Shown piece by piece: positions 25,500-37,915 of a DNA stretch of 64,000 bases (the first letter of the stretch is position 1; every line of letters starts with the position of its first letter). The position numbers and the translations under genes were made by a program. Origin of the DNA: Raillietiella orientalis (lineage: Eukaryota); contig JAYWIR010000049.1 in the NCBI GenBank assembly GCA_036172245.1, positions 558,001-622,000 of the forward strand, written 5' to 3'. The notes under the pieces were generated by a model. It ran no database searches, had not been told where the DNA came from, and saw nothing but the letters and a program-made list of their open reading frames with translations.

Positions 25500-26300
25500 G
25501 TAAACTGCCTCCAGCTGCAACGCCAGCGGCTGCACTCCGCCTTTCCGGGACGCTCTCACGGAAGCTCCCGCCCGAGGAAGCATTTTCCGGCTTGGGATTT
25601 TCCGTGTCCATCGCGCCATTTCAATCCCTTCCAGGACTGCAGAGACAAAATAAATCAGCGCAGAGTTCGGACAGGGGAAGAAGGAAGGGTGGATCATTCC
25701 ACCACCTCCACGTCGACCATGGTTCCACCCTCGTAGTTCTCCAGCCGAAGAGGAAGAGGAGGAGGACATCTTCCCTTCCTTCAGCCGAATAACTACGACG
25801 AATTACTAAGCGGTCCATCCTCATGCGAAAGAAGCAGGGATGTAGAAGAAGCAGGGGCGAAGGACCCTGCTCCTTAACCTAACCTGAGCAAACGTGGGAG
25901 AGAATGTAAAAGAAGAAAGGGAGAACGGCCCTACTTCTTTTGCATCCACACCCACGCAACAGGATCGAAGGAAACGCCTCATGCAGGGTATTCGGACAGA
26001 AGGTCGCCACCGAGGTTCGAACCGACTCCCTCGTGTTCGATGCCTTTACCATCTTAGGAGCTCGAGATGGTGCGGAGTGCACGTCGGAATTTGTAAGTAG
26101 GGGGGACGGCGGTGGCGAGAGTCACTCGTAGGTAAAGCAGTAAATTGTAAACTGATCAACGATGAAATCTTTCGCAGCAGGATGTGTGGAGGGGGTGGGG
26201 GGGTGGATCGCGTCCTTGGAATTACGGGATTGCCAGTTCCCTGCGCCAGCAACCCCTGCGCGTTTCTGCCCTGCGCTGCTGGAACCAAGAATTGGAATGG
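25500..26300 (-). mobile_element. Degraded reverse transcriptase remnant
   Basis: Broken-frame KAxxT, VxQGxxLxPxxFxI and YSAE (YADD-like) motifs in the expected order. Confidence 0.35.
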
Positions 26301-26589
26301 ATCGTGGGGAAGGAGGGGAGGTTAGGCGGGACGAATGAAGGGTAGAAAAATATGAGGAGGAGATAGGTGTGGATTCATTCTAGAGGCATTCACTAGGACG
26401 TATGTCCTGGAAACGGGGATACGCCTAAAAGGTCGAGTGTTACGGGGAATAGGAGGGGTGAGAGAAGGTGTAGAAACATGGATATGAGGAAGTGAGTGGG
26501 TGTATTGGTTTCGAGGAAGAGTAGTCTGCATCCGGAAGGCAGTGAAGTGTGTTCATCGTATCGTGGTATATGGGATGATGGACGAACCG

Positions 26590-26810
26590 GAAATCTTTTC
26601 GGGTTCCTCCGTCTTTGTTCCTTCGCTTACAGCTTTTTTTTTTTGTTAATCTGCAACGTGTTGAGGGACAGTCCGCCTCCTCAAGGAAGACTCATGAAGC
26701 TCTTTAATACTGTCCACGTCACCCGAGGGTGCGTGGAAACCTTCAACTAGGGGACAGCCTGGAGGGAACGCCCTATGAATCCAAGAAGACTCTGGAGAAA
26801 GGAATCCTCC
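26590..26810 (-). mobile_element. Repeat family B tail fragment
   Basis: Similar to 56600-56850 (gtccgcctcct, ccc.agggtg.gtg, cctatgaatcca); T-run on the + strand. Confidence 0.55.
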
Positions 26811-27953
26811 GAAAGGAGGAAGAAGGGAAGGAGGAAGGGAGAAAGAAGAGAAAGAAGGGGGGGAGGGAGGAAAGGGAAAGAAGTGGAGGAGAAAGAAGGG
26901 AGGGAGAAAGGAAAGGGAAAGAGGAGGAGGAAAAGAGGAGGAAGGAAGGGAGGAATAGGAAGAGGAAGGAGAAAGGAATAAGAGTAGAAGCAGAGGAAGA
27001 AGACGAAGGAGGGGAACAGAAAGGGATGAAGAATCGTTCCTGCTCTTGGCGGTAGCGATGGTTCTGTTGTGGCTGCTGCTGATGACCTGGAGGAGGAGCA
27101 GGCTGGAAAAGTGGCACGGAGCCCTCTTTGGACGGTCCGTACGTCTTTCCAGATGGGCAGTCCCTCTGGAACGCTTGGAAACCACGCGGTTCCACCGAAA
27201 GGGCTGTCGCCTCTGCCGCGCGCGGAGGTGCTCTCGTTCGCTTCCAGAAGGGAAGCCAGGCAGCTCCGCCCTGCAGCAGCTCCGGGGAAGCAGGAATTCC
27301 AGGTCTCCTCCTCCGCAGCGGGGCCGGCAGTGGCTGCGCATCCCGGAGGCCAAGGCCACTCCTCCCAGCTGCCGCTGAAGTTTCATCCGCGCCGGTGCCT
27401 GTGCTTGGAGTCCCGCATGTTTGCGTGGGGCTACCAACCCTTTGAGTAGGACCTTGGGCAACTTTAGAGGCCGGTCCGTCGTGTCCCGCGTGAGGGAGGA
27501 GTAGGAGATGTCCCGGGGCGTTTCGATCCAGGGAGGAGGTCAAGGACGCCTTTCTTGACCGCGGTGGGTGCTGGTGGACCATCCTACGTTCCTTTACGGG
27601 GAGCGGGGAGGTAGTGGGCAGAGGCAGTCTATGAGGTGCCTCCCATGGGCCGCGGATCATGGGCAAGAACGACCGGTCACACTTTGGTTGTCAAGGGAAA
27701 CGATGGAAGGACCCCACTGCGCGCTCCCCACCCAAGGGCAACTTGCAGCTGGGTTGATGCCAGCGCGCGGGAGGGGGGGGGGTCAGAGGCGGCCTAGCGA
27801 CGTCCGTCCACTTGGTCACTGACTCAGGAGGGTCCACAAGGACCACGCGCTCGTACCGACCGAGACCCTAGCAGATTTTCCTTCCCCTTCCTCAGTCCCC
27901 TATCAGAGGAGCTCCCGCCCGCAGCGCCACCGGCTGGACGGCGCACACCAAGC

Positions 27954-27967
27954 GTTTCCCTGGAAAC
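27954..27967 (+). promoter_or_regulatory. Candidate RFX X-box upstream of the CFAP157-like gene
   Basis: Palindromic GTTTCC-CT-GGAAAC, about 155 nt upstream of the ATG at 28123. Confidence 0.55.
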
Positions 27968-28122
27968 GGTTGGAAGAGAGACTCGGAGGAAGGCTGAGAC
28001 CGCGACGCGCTCCAAGTCTCGTTGAGAATCATCCTCGGCTGCCCGGGAGCCTGCGTTCTGACATCCCCCACGCCTTCTCACCTGACCTTCCACCCCACAG
28101 GTCCTCCCTCCCGGCGAGGAGG

Positions 28123-31100
28123 ATGGAAGAGGAGTGGAAGGTATCGGAGGGGATCTTCCGGAATGCCCAGGGCAACAGAGAGGGCCCGCTGCCCTTCGGA
28201 GAACAGCTGGCCTACGAGATGGCGGAGGAGGTCGCCAAAGGCAAGCTGACCAGGTGAGTGGGCTGGCGTCCCCTTCCCTCCTGGAGGGGTGGGGCAACGG
28301 GCGGGCGTCCACTGCAGGCAGAGGGCGAGGCGCGACGCCCTCCAGCGCTCAGTGGAGAGGCTACGCTTCGTGCACCAAGACGCCCTGGCCGACTTCGAGG
28401 ACAGGCGCCACACCTACGAGGAGCGCGTCGCCGCCGAGCAGCGCGAGGAGGAGAAGCTGCGGAGGCAGATAGACTCCCTGCGAGAGGTGCGTAATCACGG
28501 AGACAGACGCAAGCGGGAGGGAGGGGGAGGGGAGGGAAAATGGCGACGGCGGCGAAGCCACTTCTTCTCCTACTGTCTCTCCCGATGAGGAGGATGAGGG
28601 AGAGGTGAGGAAGGGAGAAGGAAGAGGAGGGTGTAGAAAGTGGAAAAAGAGGAAAGAAGAAGCAAGAGGAGGAAGTGGAGGAAGGGGGAGGAAGAGAGGA
28701 GGAAGAGAAAGGGAAGGAGAAGAGGAAAAGAGGAAGGAGACGAAGAGAAAGAAGGACGGAAGAAGGGGAGGGAGGAGGACGAAGAGGAGATGGCAAGGAG
28801 GAGAAAGAGGAGGAAGAAGGAGATGGAAAAGATGATAAAATGTTGTGGTTCTTGGCGGTGCCGGTGGTTGCTGTTGCTGCTGTTGACAGTGGTGGAGTGG
28901 AGGAGGAAGAAGAGGAGGAGATGACGATGCTAGAGGTCGAAGGTACGGTGGTGAAGTCAGTTGGATCTTCTGACCCTGGTGTTCTCTTGCCTGCTCACCG
29001 GCCCATTTGTTGGCTCTTCCTGGTTACGCACTGGAGGCACACCCATCCTCCTCCCCCGTCCCCAGGTGACCTTCAACCGTGTCGCCTCCCCCGTCTCCCC
29101 GGGGGGGTGCGCGCTTTCCACGGTGATGTGCGCTCTGCTTCTCCGCAGGAGTCGAGAACGAAGGAGGATGCTCGCATCTGGATGGAGGAGGAGCTGACCC
29201 AGAGACACGCCGAGATGGAGCGCACCTACACAGTGCTCCACCAGCAGATGAGTTGAGACCCCGTCGCTGAGCGGCGCATGCTCGCAGGATCTACTAGGGG
29301 AGGCAGTGGCAGAAGGAAAGACTCCCTCCAAGGCATCTTTTCGCTCAGCTGCCTCCCGGGAAGACAAACTGCCGGCTTACCCCGGGGTCTTCCATCCAGG
29401 AGAGGAGATCACGAATCTGAAGGCCTTCGAGGCCGCCAGGGGCGCCCTAGGCGCCGCCCTCGCGCGTCTGAAGGCGCTGGCTGCAGAGCGGGGTCAGCAG
29501 CACGAGACGGCCATCCGTGACCTGCAAAGCAGGTGCACCGAGCAGATGCAGAGGTGAGCCGGGAGACATCCGGGAAGGGATACGTACCTCCTCCTTCCTC
29601 CCTACCCGTCGCGGCCTTCCTCTTCTCTTCCTCTGCTTCCGCTGATGCGGCTGGGACAGTGTCGCTGACCACATCCAGGTCAGGGGACACTGCATTCATT
29701 ACAAACATGGCCCCCGTACGAGGCCTGCTGTGCACCTACGCGGGCGTGGAGGGCTCCATCAACCACATCGTGGCCGTGAACCGCATCCCCAGCCACCATT
29801 TGGTCGGAGACGATCTTACTGACCACGTCGTGGTAGAAACCTTCTCTTAACCATCTCAATGTGCGACGCTAGAAAAACTGCCGCGTGGTTGTGGAACGCG
29901 ACGCGCCACTAAACTTCCTCCTCTTCCTCCTTTCCTCCTCTTCCTCTTCCTTCTCCTCCCTTCCTTCGCCTCTCTTTCTCCTCCTCCTTTCTTCTCCCTT
30001 TCTCCCTTCCCCCTTTGTTCCTCACTTGCTCCAGGAGACTCAAGGGGCTCCTCACCCGTACCTGGTGCGTCCCTGTCCTGCTTTCGAGCCCCCCGAAAGA
30101 GGCGGGAGTTCGTTGAATGTGCATTCTCCATCCATTGAGGGGATGCGAATCCTCCCGGGGCCGCGGCACCCTGCGGCCGCGTTGCCGGACGGAGGTCCTC
30201 TGGTCTTGGGGAATCAGCCATCGACGCTCACGCCAATCCTCTGCCGTCCCTTCACGGGGGAAGGAAACCGTCCGTACGCGGTCCGTGGCGTTCAGGTCTC
30301 CCTTCCGGGGGGTCCACGCTCCTTGATCCGCAGCTGTCTGCACGGAGACGACCTCGCCGACTTGCCTTCCGCAGGTACGCCGAGAACATCTGCTTCCAGC
30401 TGACTCATGAGGAAGACGCACTGAGGTACGCCATGATCCGCGTGTGGCCGCAGGAGCTCCAGGTAGCCGTTCTGCGGAGGGATGCCGCCAGGGCGGACGT
30501 CGAAGTCGCCGAGAGCGGCCCTGCCGTTCACGAGAGCGAGAACGCTCTTCTGGAAGAGGAGCTGCGAGGTCTGGAGGACGCTCTGCAGAAGACCCAGGCC
30601 AAGAGCGGGAGGCTGACTCGGAAAGCGGTGAACTCCTTGCAGGTGACTCTCATCTGTTCCTGATGAGACGCGCGCCCCTCCGCGTGTGCACAAGGAGGCA
30701 CCTGTCCGTAATCGCCTCCTCTGGGAAGGCTCGCGCCACGCCCTCTCTCCGACGGCTGGCGCACCGTTCAGAGATGCGCCCGATCTGCCATCTCTCAAAG
30801 GCAAAGTCAACGAACCCCGCCCTGTTTGTTCAGACCTCAAAGAGATTTCTCGTCTCCTCGTATTCAAGGATGGACTCTGTCTCTCGAGCAACATCTGACT
30901 CCTCTGCCCCATTCGGGGATGGAGGAAATCGAGCGCCTGTAGCGCTTCCGGAGGTCTTCACAGTCTCTCCTTCGCAGGAACTGCGGAGCCTGAAGGAGGA
31001 AGACAAGAAGCTGAGGCAGGGGACTTTGGAGCTAAAGGAGCTGCCGGAGGCCAATGAGGTAGAGGAGGACCTGCTTGCCGAGCTGCAAGATGAGAAGTTC

Positions 31101-31734
31101 AGGCTCGAGAGCTCTCGAGAGGCTGCTACGCGGGCTCGGGATGAGCTGGAGACCTGCAGATTTCAGAAAGCGCACCTGGAGGTGGCGGTCAAGGCGGAGA
31201 GCAGAGCCATCTCCGAGCTATCGGCCTCACTATGCAGTGCTCTTCGCAAAGCGAGTGCCTACCTGAAGGTTGGTTCTCCTCTCTCCCTGACCAGAGGGGA
31301 AGGAAGGGAGAGAAAGAGAGCGATGGCAGACCCTCCCTCCCTTTTGCTCTAGGAGGAAGATGTTCGCATCCCTCCAGAGATCTGGGATGCGTCCCGGGCA
31401 ACAGAGCGTCTGCCGGAGCAGAGACGACTGCTTCTGAGCCTTCTGGAGTCCCTGAGCTCCAAAAACATGGCAGCCCTCCCCTCCAGCCCGTGAGTATCTT
31501 TCTCCACCAGCCTCCTTCCCTTTGCCCCCCATCGTTGTCCTCCTGGAGGCCAAGCGCTGGAGGGGCGAGGCGCTGACTCCTCTCGTGCGGGGGTCAGGGC
31601 ATGGAAGAACTCCCTCATCTTCCCTCTGCAGGTCGGATGTTCACCTCCTGTCCTCACTGGAGATTCTCGCACACCTGGAGCGGGACGTCGGCGCGGTCCC
31701 GTCGACTGGCAACGAAGGCACAAGCGATCAATAG
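28123..31734 (+). CDS. Coiled-coil protein, CFAP157-like, ~451 aa. Exons 28123-28253, 28318-28486, 29149-29251, 29400-29553, 30375-30642, 30978-31268, 31353-31489, 31632-31734
   Basis: Eight GT-AG exons in consistent phase (1356 nt). Heptad-rich; segments EQLAYEM..KLTR, EEITNLKAF and AIRDLQSR..MQR parallel the remembered CFAP157 N-terminal half. The gene model is solid; the identity is tentative (~0.55). Confidence 0.75.
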
Positions 31735-32299
31735 AAGGGACAGACGAAGAGCTGGGGAGAAGAGTGTATGAAGGACGTGGGGATCTGTGGCACCAGGGCC
31801 AACGGGTTAGGAGGAGGACGGGGAAGGCTACCGGGTCAGGTCGCGTCTCGGGCTGCCGGACGCCGCTGACCCGCCGGGTAGGTGACTTCCCTCTCTTCAG
31901 AGGAACCAGCGGGCGACCTCTCTGCAATGGCGCGGGCCCGGCACGCCTCGCGCACTCGCGGCATGAGAAGAATGCTGGGGTCCCTCATGTCCCTGCCAGA
32001 AGCCATGGCCTTAAACCTTGGCCGTCTTCCCCGCTCCCATTTTGGGATGGGGACCCATTTCTGGGAATAGGGGGGAAAAGCGTTTGGTCCCTGGGTTGTG
32101 CCAAAATCCGTTTTTAGACAATTCCAGTAGATCTTTTAGATTCTGTAGGTCTATTTTTAGACTCGTGCTTATAAACACGCCCTTGGGGGCTCCTTAGAAT
32201 TTTTTTTTTTTTGTTTGAGCCTATTTTTTGATCTGGTTCGACGCCTGAGCGATCTATTCTTAGCCCTCAAAATCCACAAGAGTGGGTTTAGCACCTGAC

Positions 32300-33300
32300 A
32301 GCAGACTGCCCCCCTTTGAAGCTTCCGGGTCCTGTAGCGTCTTCCGGACCGGATGCCGGCAGCGTTCCTCGCGGCGGCCCGGAGAAGCTCCCTCGCGTCC
32401 CTTGACGTCCGAGCGCGCGGCTCCGCGGCTGGAGCGCTGCGGGCTCAGGGAAGCGACCGGTGATCACCCGTCTCCCTGGAGAGGGCGCGTCGCTCCCGAC
32501 TCGTCTCCCCGGGGGCGCTTTCCCTCATCCTGGGAGGCATCCATCCTCCCGTGCTGTATGGGCGCAGGGATGCCAGAGGGCGCTCGCGTACCTTGCAAAA
32601 CGACCGTTCCCAGCATGTGGCGCCCTGTGACTTGCAAGCCCCGCGGAATGGGGCCTGACGGCGATCGCAGCCTGGTGGCATCCCCAATTCCTCCAACGCC
32701 TCGGTTTGGAGCGGAAGAAGCTGAGCTGAATCATTGGCTGGAAGATGGCTTAGACCACCCGGCAAGCTGGCAGCGGCTGTTCCTCGGGCGGCGTTTCCTT
32801 TCGGTCAGACCTGCGTCCACTTGTGACAACGCAGCTGACCTTCCTACGTGATGCCGACATGACCTCGAGGGCGAGACCGTGACCTCGAAGGAGCAGCCAG
32901 GCTGCTCGGTCGGGGGCACGGCTCTACACGGGCTCCCTCGGGGCGCAGAAGTGGTGGTGACCTCGGGCGCCACCTCTGCGTCCTTCCCCGGGTGCGTTGG
33001 AGCCACCCTCGTTCCGGAGCTCCGAGTCATGGGACGCAGCTCCTGGAACAGGACTGCTGGCGAGCGTCCCGGGAGTGCGCACTCGGAGAAGCGCGCTATA
33101 AATAGCCTGAGGGCGCGGATCTCTCTCCTCGGGGCGGTGGTTTCTATGGCATCGCTCCAAGGAATGCGGACTGCTCTGGGGGAGCCCGCTTGCGCGCGTC
33201 CTGGCTCATGGAGACTTCTTCCCGCACTTCTGGTCATCCCTCTGGGGCCTAAGCGAACGAGAGTGGCGTCTCCGCACTCGGAGCGCCTAGTCCCGCGGGA
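32300..33300 (-). mobile_element. Tx1-type ORF1 remnant
   Basis: GGLSHLP...GMPPGC..C..C resembles the Tx1 ORF1 HLP-xxx-YxGxPxxCxxC knuckles; degenerate. Confidence 0.45.
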
Positions 33301-33758
33301 GCTCCGAACTGGTCCAGCCTCAGAGAATGCCGCTGGGACGCCGCCTCACGTTGGCATTTCCATCGCGATCCTTCGTGGACGTCATCGACTGCACAACTTC
33401 CGGCCGTGCCCGGTCCGAGAGACCCACGCCGACCCAACGTCCTTCATCCCAGGTGCGAAACGGATGTTTGGGGGCACTCTACAGCGCCCCCACCCTCAAA
33501 CCACCCTGCCGGCAGAGTGAGGAAGCGCCCGCGACCTCAGCGGACACGGGATTTATCCTCGCCGGCGTCCAGGAAGCTGCATCCGTGCTGGCACGCACCG
33601 TCCTCCGTTCCAGAGACCTCTTCCTGGATGAGAGAGAGACCAAGAGGACCCTGGGATTTTCCGGTCCCTCTAACGCTAGCGCTCTTACCGTAGCCAGCGT
33701 TTCTCTTCAGTAGAAGAGGTGGAGCGAAGACTTCTTGACTTTGACCGCGCTTCTTCCA

Positions 33759-35150
33759 GGCCCGCGTTGGCACCCGTGCAGCTGCGGTCTCCGCGCGTGG
33801 CATCACGCGTCGCAGGTTCGAATCTCCCCGTGGAGGATCGACTCCAAAATGGGGGGTTAATCGTGGGCTTCGAGTCTCCCCCGCAATATGTCACTGGCTG
33901 ACCCCTCTGAGCTTCGGGTGCGGTATTGGTTGACAGCCGGTCACGCCGGGGAATTTATTTATAAAAAATATACATACATGTTTGATTTTTCTCATACATG
34001 TTACTTACATGTTACTATAAACATACATGTTACTTATAACGACGAGAAAGAACCTGCCGGGAACTGGCAAACGAGCCAGCGGGGTCGGCTTGGCAGCAGA
34101 AGGGGAGGAGGGCAACAAAAAGGAAAATAAAACAAAAGCATAAATATGTAAAAAAAAAATTGGGAGGGTTTCAGGAAGGGATCGCTGTGTGCTGGAGGGT
34201 ATCCTCTGCATCCTTGCAAGGATTCCAGCGAGTTCCTACTCCATCATTCCCAGATGGGCCATTTTGACGCTATCCTCATGAGGAGGACAGCAAAATAGAT
34301 GGAGTCCCTGTCGTTCTGGCCTCCACTGACGTTCCTGCTCCAGGCAGCCACGATCTCGCGTAGGCAGCAAAGTGCTGCTAAGGATGCGGCTGGCGTGAGG
34401 GCGTCGCGCAGGAAGAGGTGCTTTGAAACATCTCTGGAGTCGCTGCCAGGGGTTCCAAGGGTCGCGACAAAGCATCCCCAAAGAATTCGGAGGGCAACAC
34501 AGTCCACTTGGAGGTGCAAGAGGGATTCCCGCTCCCCGAACCTTGCACAGTTTGGGTCCACACCCCTGTGTCCACAGATGCCAGCAGGCGTTGCACGGGA
34601 GGCCTCAGTGCAGCAGCATCAATGTCAACTCCTATCACGTTGAGGGGAGGGTGTGGCACTGGTGGAAGCCGAAAACCGTGTCTTCTATGAGTATCCAGGA
34701 TTAGACGTTGATCCTCCAGGGTCCTTCCAGGAATTAAGGAACCCTTCGGGGTTTCCCTCTGGTTGTGCAAGTGGAGTCGTCCCCCTGTATCGTACCATGG
34801 AGTTGGTGGATGGATGGGTATCTCTCCAGAGTGTGAAGTGCGTTGCTCTCTTCGGGAAGCGAGTCCCGAAAGCGAACACCCTTCAGAGAAAATGCAGAAG
34901 CGTCCCTTTGGGGTTCTCTTCAGAAGAGGAAACAAGGAGCGGTTCCCGTGCGGGTTCCCTCCGTAGAAGAAATTCCAAGAGATGATCCTTTCCGGGTTCC
35001 CTTTGGAGGAGAAACGAAAGAATGGAGCGGCTCCCACAAACCGGAGGGGTGTCTCCGGAGAGAATGAGGAAGGGATTCCCTTCGGAGACTACCAGAGCAA
35101 GAATTCCCTACCGAGAGTAAGAGGAACGGACTCCTGCCTCCGGAGCATTC
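33759..35150 (+). mobile_element. Repeat family B copy split by a LINE fragment (33933-34648)
   Basis: Head ggcccgcgttggc at 33759, two T-arm motifs; the body resumes at 34649 after a degenerate 17-bp duplication. Confidence 0.7.
33933..34648 (-). mobile_element. 5'-truncated Tx1-clade LINE 3' fragment
   Basis: DPNCARFGERESLLHLQVDCVALR; 3' UTR nearly identical to 61255-61770; AATAAA plus hairpin. Confidence 0.85.
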
Positions 35151-35619
35151 TTGCCGCCTGCTCCCACAAGCAGCAGCCATCGGGCATGATGACTTGAACC
35201 TCATCCTGGGTGACCGGCCACGGAAGCCTCGGCATCGGCCCTTCGATATCAGCTGGTTGGAGACCGTTAGCTTCATTTTTTCCTTCAACTTGGTTGATCA
35301 CTTGGTCACCCTGGGTCAACCCTCCCTGCTCTTGTGCTCCATTTTCCATGTAACTTTGAGTCGGTGAGCCCTTCCTGCCGGACCCCTATCTGTCTTTTGC
35401 TGGAACCCTGTTCTCGATTTGTAGGTCTATTCTTTTTGATAGAAGGAATCAGTCTCACTCGGTCGTGACCGGACAAAGACCGTTTGAAAACAGTGGGCAT
35501 CCTTACCCCGCGCATCCTGGCCGCCGCGGTAGCAACGGCCAAGGATGCGCGGAGTAACCCACTCTTCCTGCTTCACCAGGAAGGGGTCCTCGCGCGCGAC
35601 AGCATCCGCGCCTCTGGCG

Positions 35620-37235
35620 CCCATCATACGGCCGAAATCCCGAACGTTGAAATCCCTAGCCGAAATCCCGAACGTTGAAATCCCTAGCCGAAGTCCCAAA
35701 CGTTGAAATCCCTAGCCGAAGTCCCAAACGTTGAAATCCCTGAGGTAATCCCTTTTGATCCTCGAAGAGAAAAGTCCGAAGATCACAATCCCGAAGGATC
35801 AAGCCCCGAAAATATAATTCATCATTTATTGAGGAATCCTCTTTTACTGAGTGGTGGGAATGCTGCGAAGACTAAATGGATGATTAAAAAAAAAGAAACA
35901 CTGCTGACAATTCAAAGCAGTAGAGAGAAAAAAAAATAAGAAAGCATAAAAGAAAAAGAAAACCCGACTTATCGCTCATGGATTTGCGAGCAAGTGCACG
36001 GAGATGATAGCCCTTGAGGTCTGGTCGCACTTTTCACAATCACTGACCACACTTCCAAAGAAGGTCCTGCATCGCCACAAAGTGTCTGCTTCCGTTTTTC
36101 CTCCTAGGGCACGGCTCTCCTAGGAGAACTCTTTCGCATTCGTTTCCTAAGTGTCGCTGCCCTGCTTTCGAATTCCTCCTACGGTGATTCGATGTACTCC
36201 GAAACGAGCATTCCCCGTCAAGTTCTCCCATCCCCTGGGAATCCTGGAACACTCTCGCAAGGGTTCCTTACTGTGCAGCAGGCACGCGTCACTTCCGAGG
36301 TGGAGCGCATAGGTAGGCGACGCCGGCTACGCGAGACCTCACTTCCTGCGCCGATTGTTGCACGCACCAATCAAGTGATGCGGTCTCGTCGGAAATGCCA
36401 GGTTACTTACTTCGTTTTCCAGCATACGGTAAGTGGAACTTCGTCGATAAATGATGGAATAATTCCATCATCAATCGTGGGCACTTAGTTATATTTTTGG
36501 GATTTTCATCTTTCGGGACTGCGTCTGTCAGCACTGAGCCGAACCCCCAGCACCGCTTGCTGAAGGCGCTACTCGCACGGAGTTGAGGCAGGCGGCGGCT
36601 CCGCAAGCGGTTTCCGATATCCAAGTGGCTACGCGCATGGTGCTTTCCAGCTCAGGACCTACACCCGCAAGGAAGAGCACTGCCTCCCTGAGCCGGAGGG
36701 CGTGCGTACGCTCGAGGTCGATTTGTGTACTCTCGAATAGCAGCTCGGGCGATCCTTTACTTGGTTTACCCGCTCGCAAAGGTCCGGTGCTCTCTCGCGC
36801 TCACCCCCCACTGTTTGTGCCGCACGCTGCGTACGTCACTCCGCTCGCCCAACTCTGCGGACGCGTCTTCGGATATGGAATCTCTCCCCAAGCGTGCATG
36901 GGAGGCGAATGAAGTCGTCTTGCGACCCCACAAGCGTAGAGTTGCCCGATTGAGGTGCGGAACAGCTCGAGCGCGCTGGTAGCATAGTAAGGCCACTCGA
37001 GCAAGATGCATGGATTAGGTAGCAGCAGCCTCAACGATCATTTCAATAGCAGCGCCCAAGTCCAGCTTACGACAGCTTACGGCCACCGCGGCACCTCACT
37101 TCCTGCGCTCACACCAATCAAATGACGCATTCTCTTTCGTATAATACTAGGCTACGTACTCCGTCTTCCAACATTCGGTGAATGGAACTTCCCCGATAGG
37201 TGATAAATTATATTTTCGGGATTTCGGGATTGACG
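35620..37235 (-). mobile_element. MULE/Mutator remnants (one internally deleted copy, plus a second copy of the 5' end near 37090-37235)
   Basis: Broken-frame EEFxKxQ..NECERVLLGEPCPRRK..LRALA C-terminus; aatcccgaa repeats on the left and ttcgggat on the right; 36336-36460 is similar to 37094-37205. Confidence 0.65.
35631..35741. repeat. 4 x 28-bp tandem repeat in a MULE terminal region
   Basis: Unit gccgaaatcccgaacgttgaaatcccta x2, then gccgaagtcccaaacgttgaaatcccta x2. Confidence 0.95.
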
Positions 37236-37915
37236 GAACTGAAAACACCAACTGCCGCTGTTGAGGAATCTTTCTCAAAGCTGACTCTGGGAAAATTCAA
37301 GTCCACCCAAGGATTGCATTGAGTGCTGAAGTGAAGAGGCATATCGCCGACACGTCTTGATGCAAGAAAATTCGTTGCAAGAAAAAAGATTGAAACGCAT
37401 CATCCCATTCTTCAACCCATTTCCAGGATAGTTGGTGACTGATGCACCGCAGGACTCTCCTTGATGAGCTTTAATTTGATATTCTGAATTTTGATTTCAA
37501 AATCTCGTTTCGTCAGTTGCATACCGAGTAACGGAAATACTGAGAGCAAACAGCTGAGTCTGGGAGGAAATTGAATGATGATAATGAGTGCTAATTCATT
37601 AAAATATAACGATAATAATCAAGTATTCATTGCAATTTGTGCAATCACTCATGGCATGAATGTTTGCCAGAAACAGATAAGCTGCACACCGCTAGTACGC
37701 AAGAGAGAGGGAACTTTTTTTTTTTTTTTTTTAGAAAAATTTTGAACTTGGCATTTCCGTTTTTCCCGTAGCAGAAGGACTGAGTGCCACAACAGCTAAT
37801 GGCGCTCTCCCCAAGAGATGAATGAACCCGGTACGCAAAACGGTCGGTTCGTGCGAGGATCCAAGAAGCTGCCTTTGTCATTTCTTACCCAGTTGCGCCG
37901 GTTGCCTGAATGAGG

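Noticed and set aside
29245..29256. Apparent non-canonical donor CAG|ATGAGT
   Set aside because: A canonical GT at 29252 gives the phase required by the next exon.
29660..29850. Nested small gene in the CFAP157-like intron 4
   Set aside because: Resembles a decayed LINE C-terminal knuckle (RSGxT..LC..SINHIV); too degenerate to call.
33759..33840. Functional tRNA gene
   Set aside because: Only the T-arm is recognisable; acceptor, D and anticodon stems do not pair.
35631..35741. CRISPR array
   Set aside because: Head-to-tail repeats with no spacers, eukaryotic context, no cas genes.
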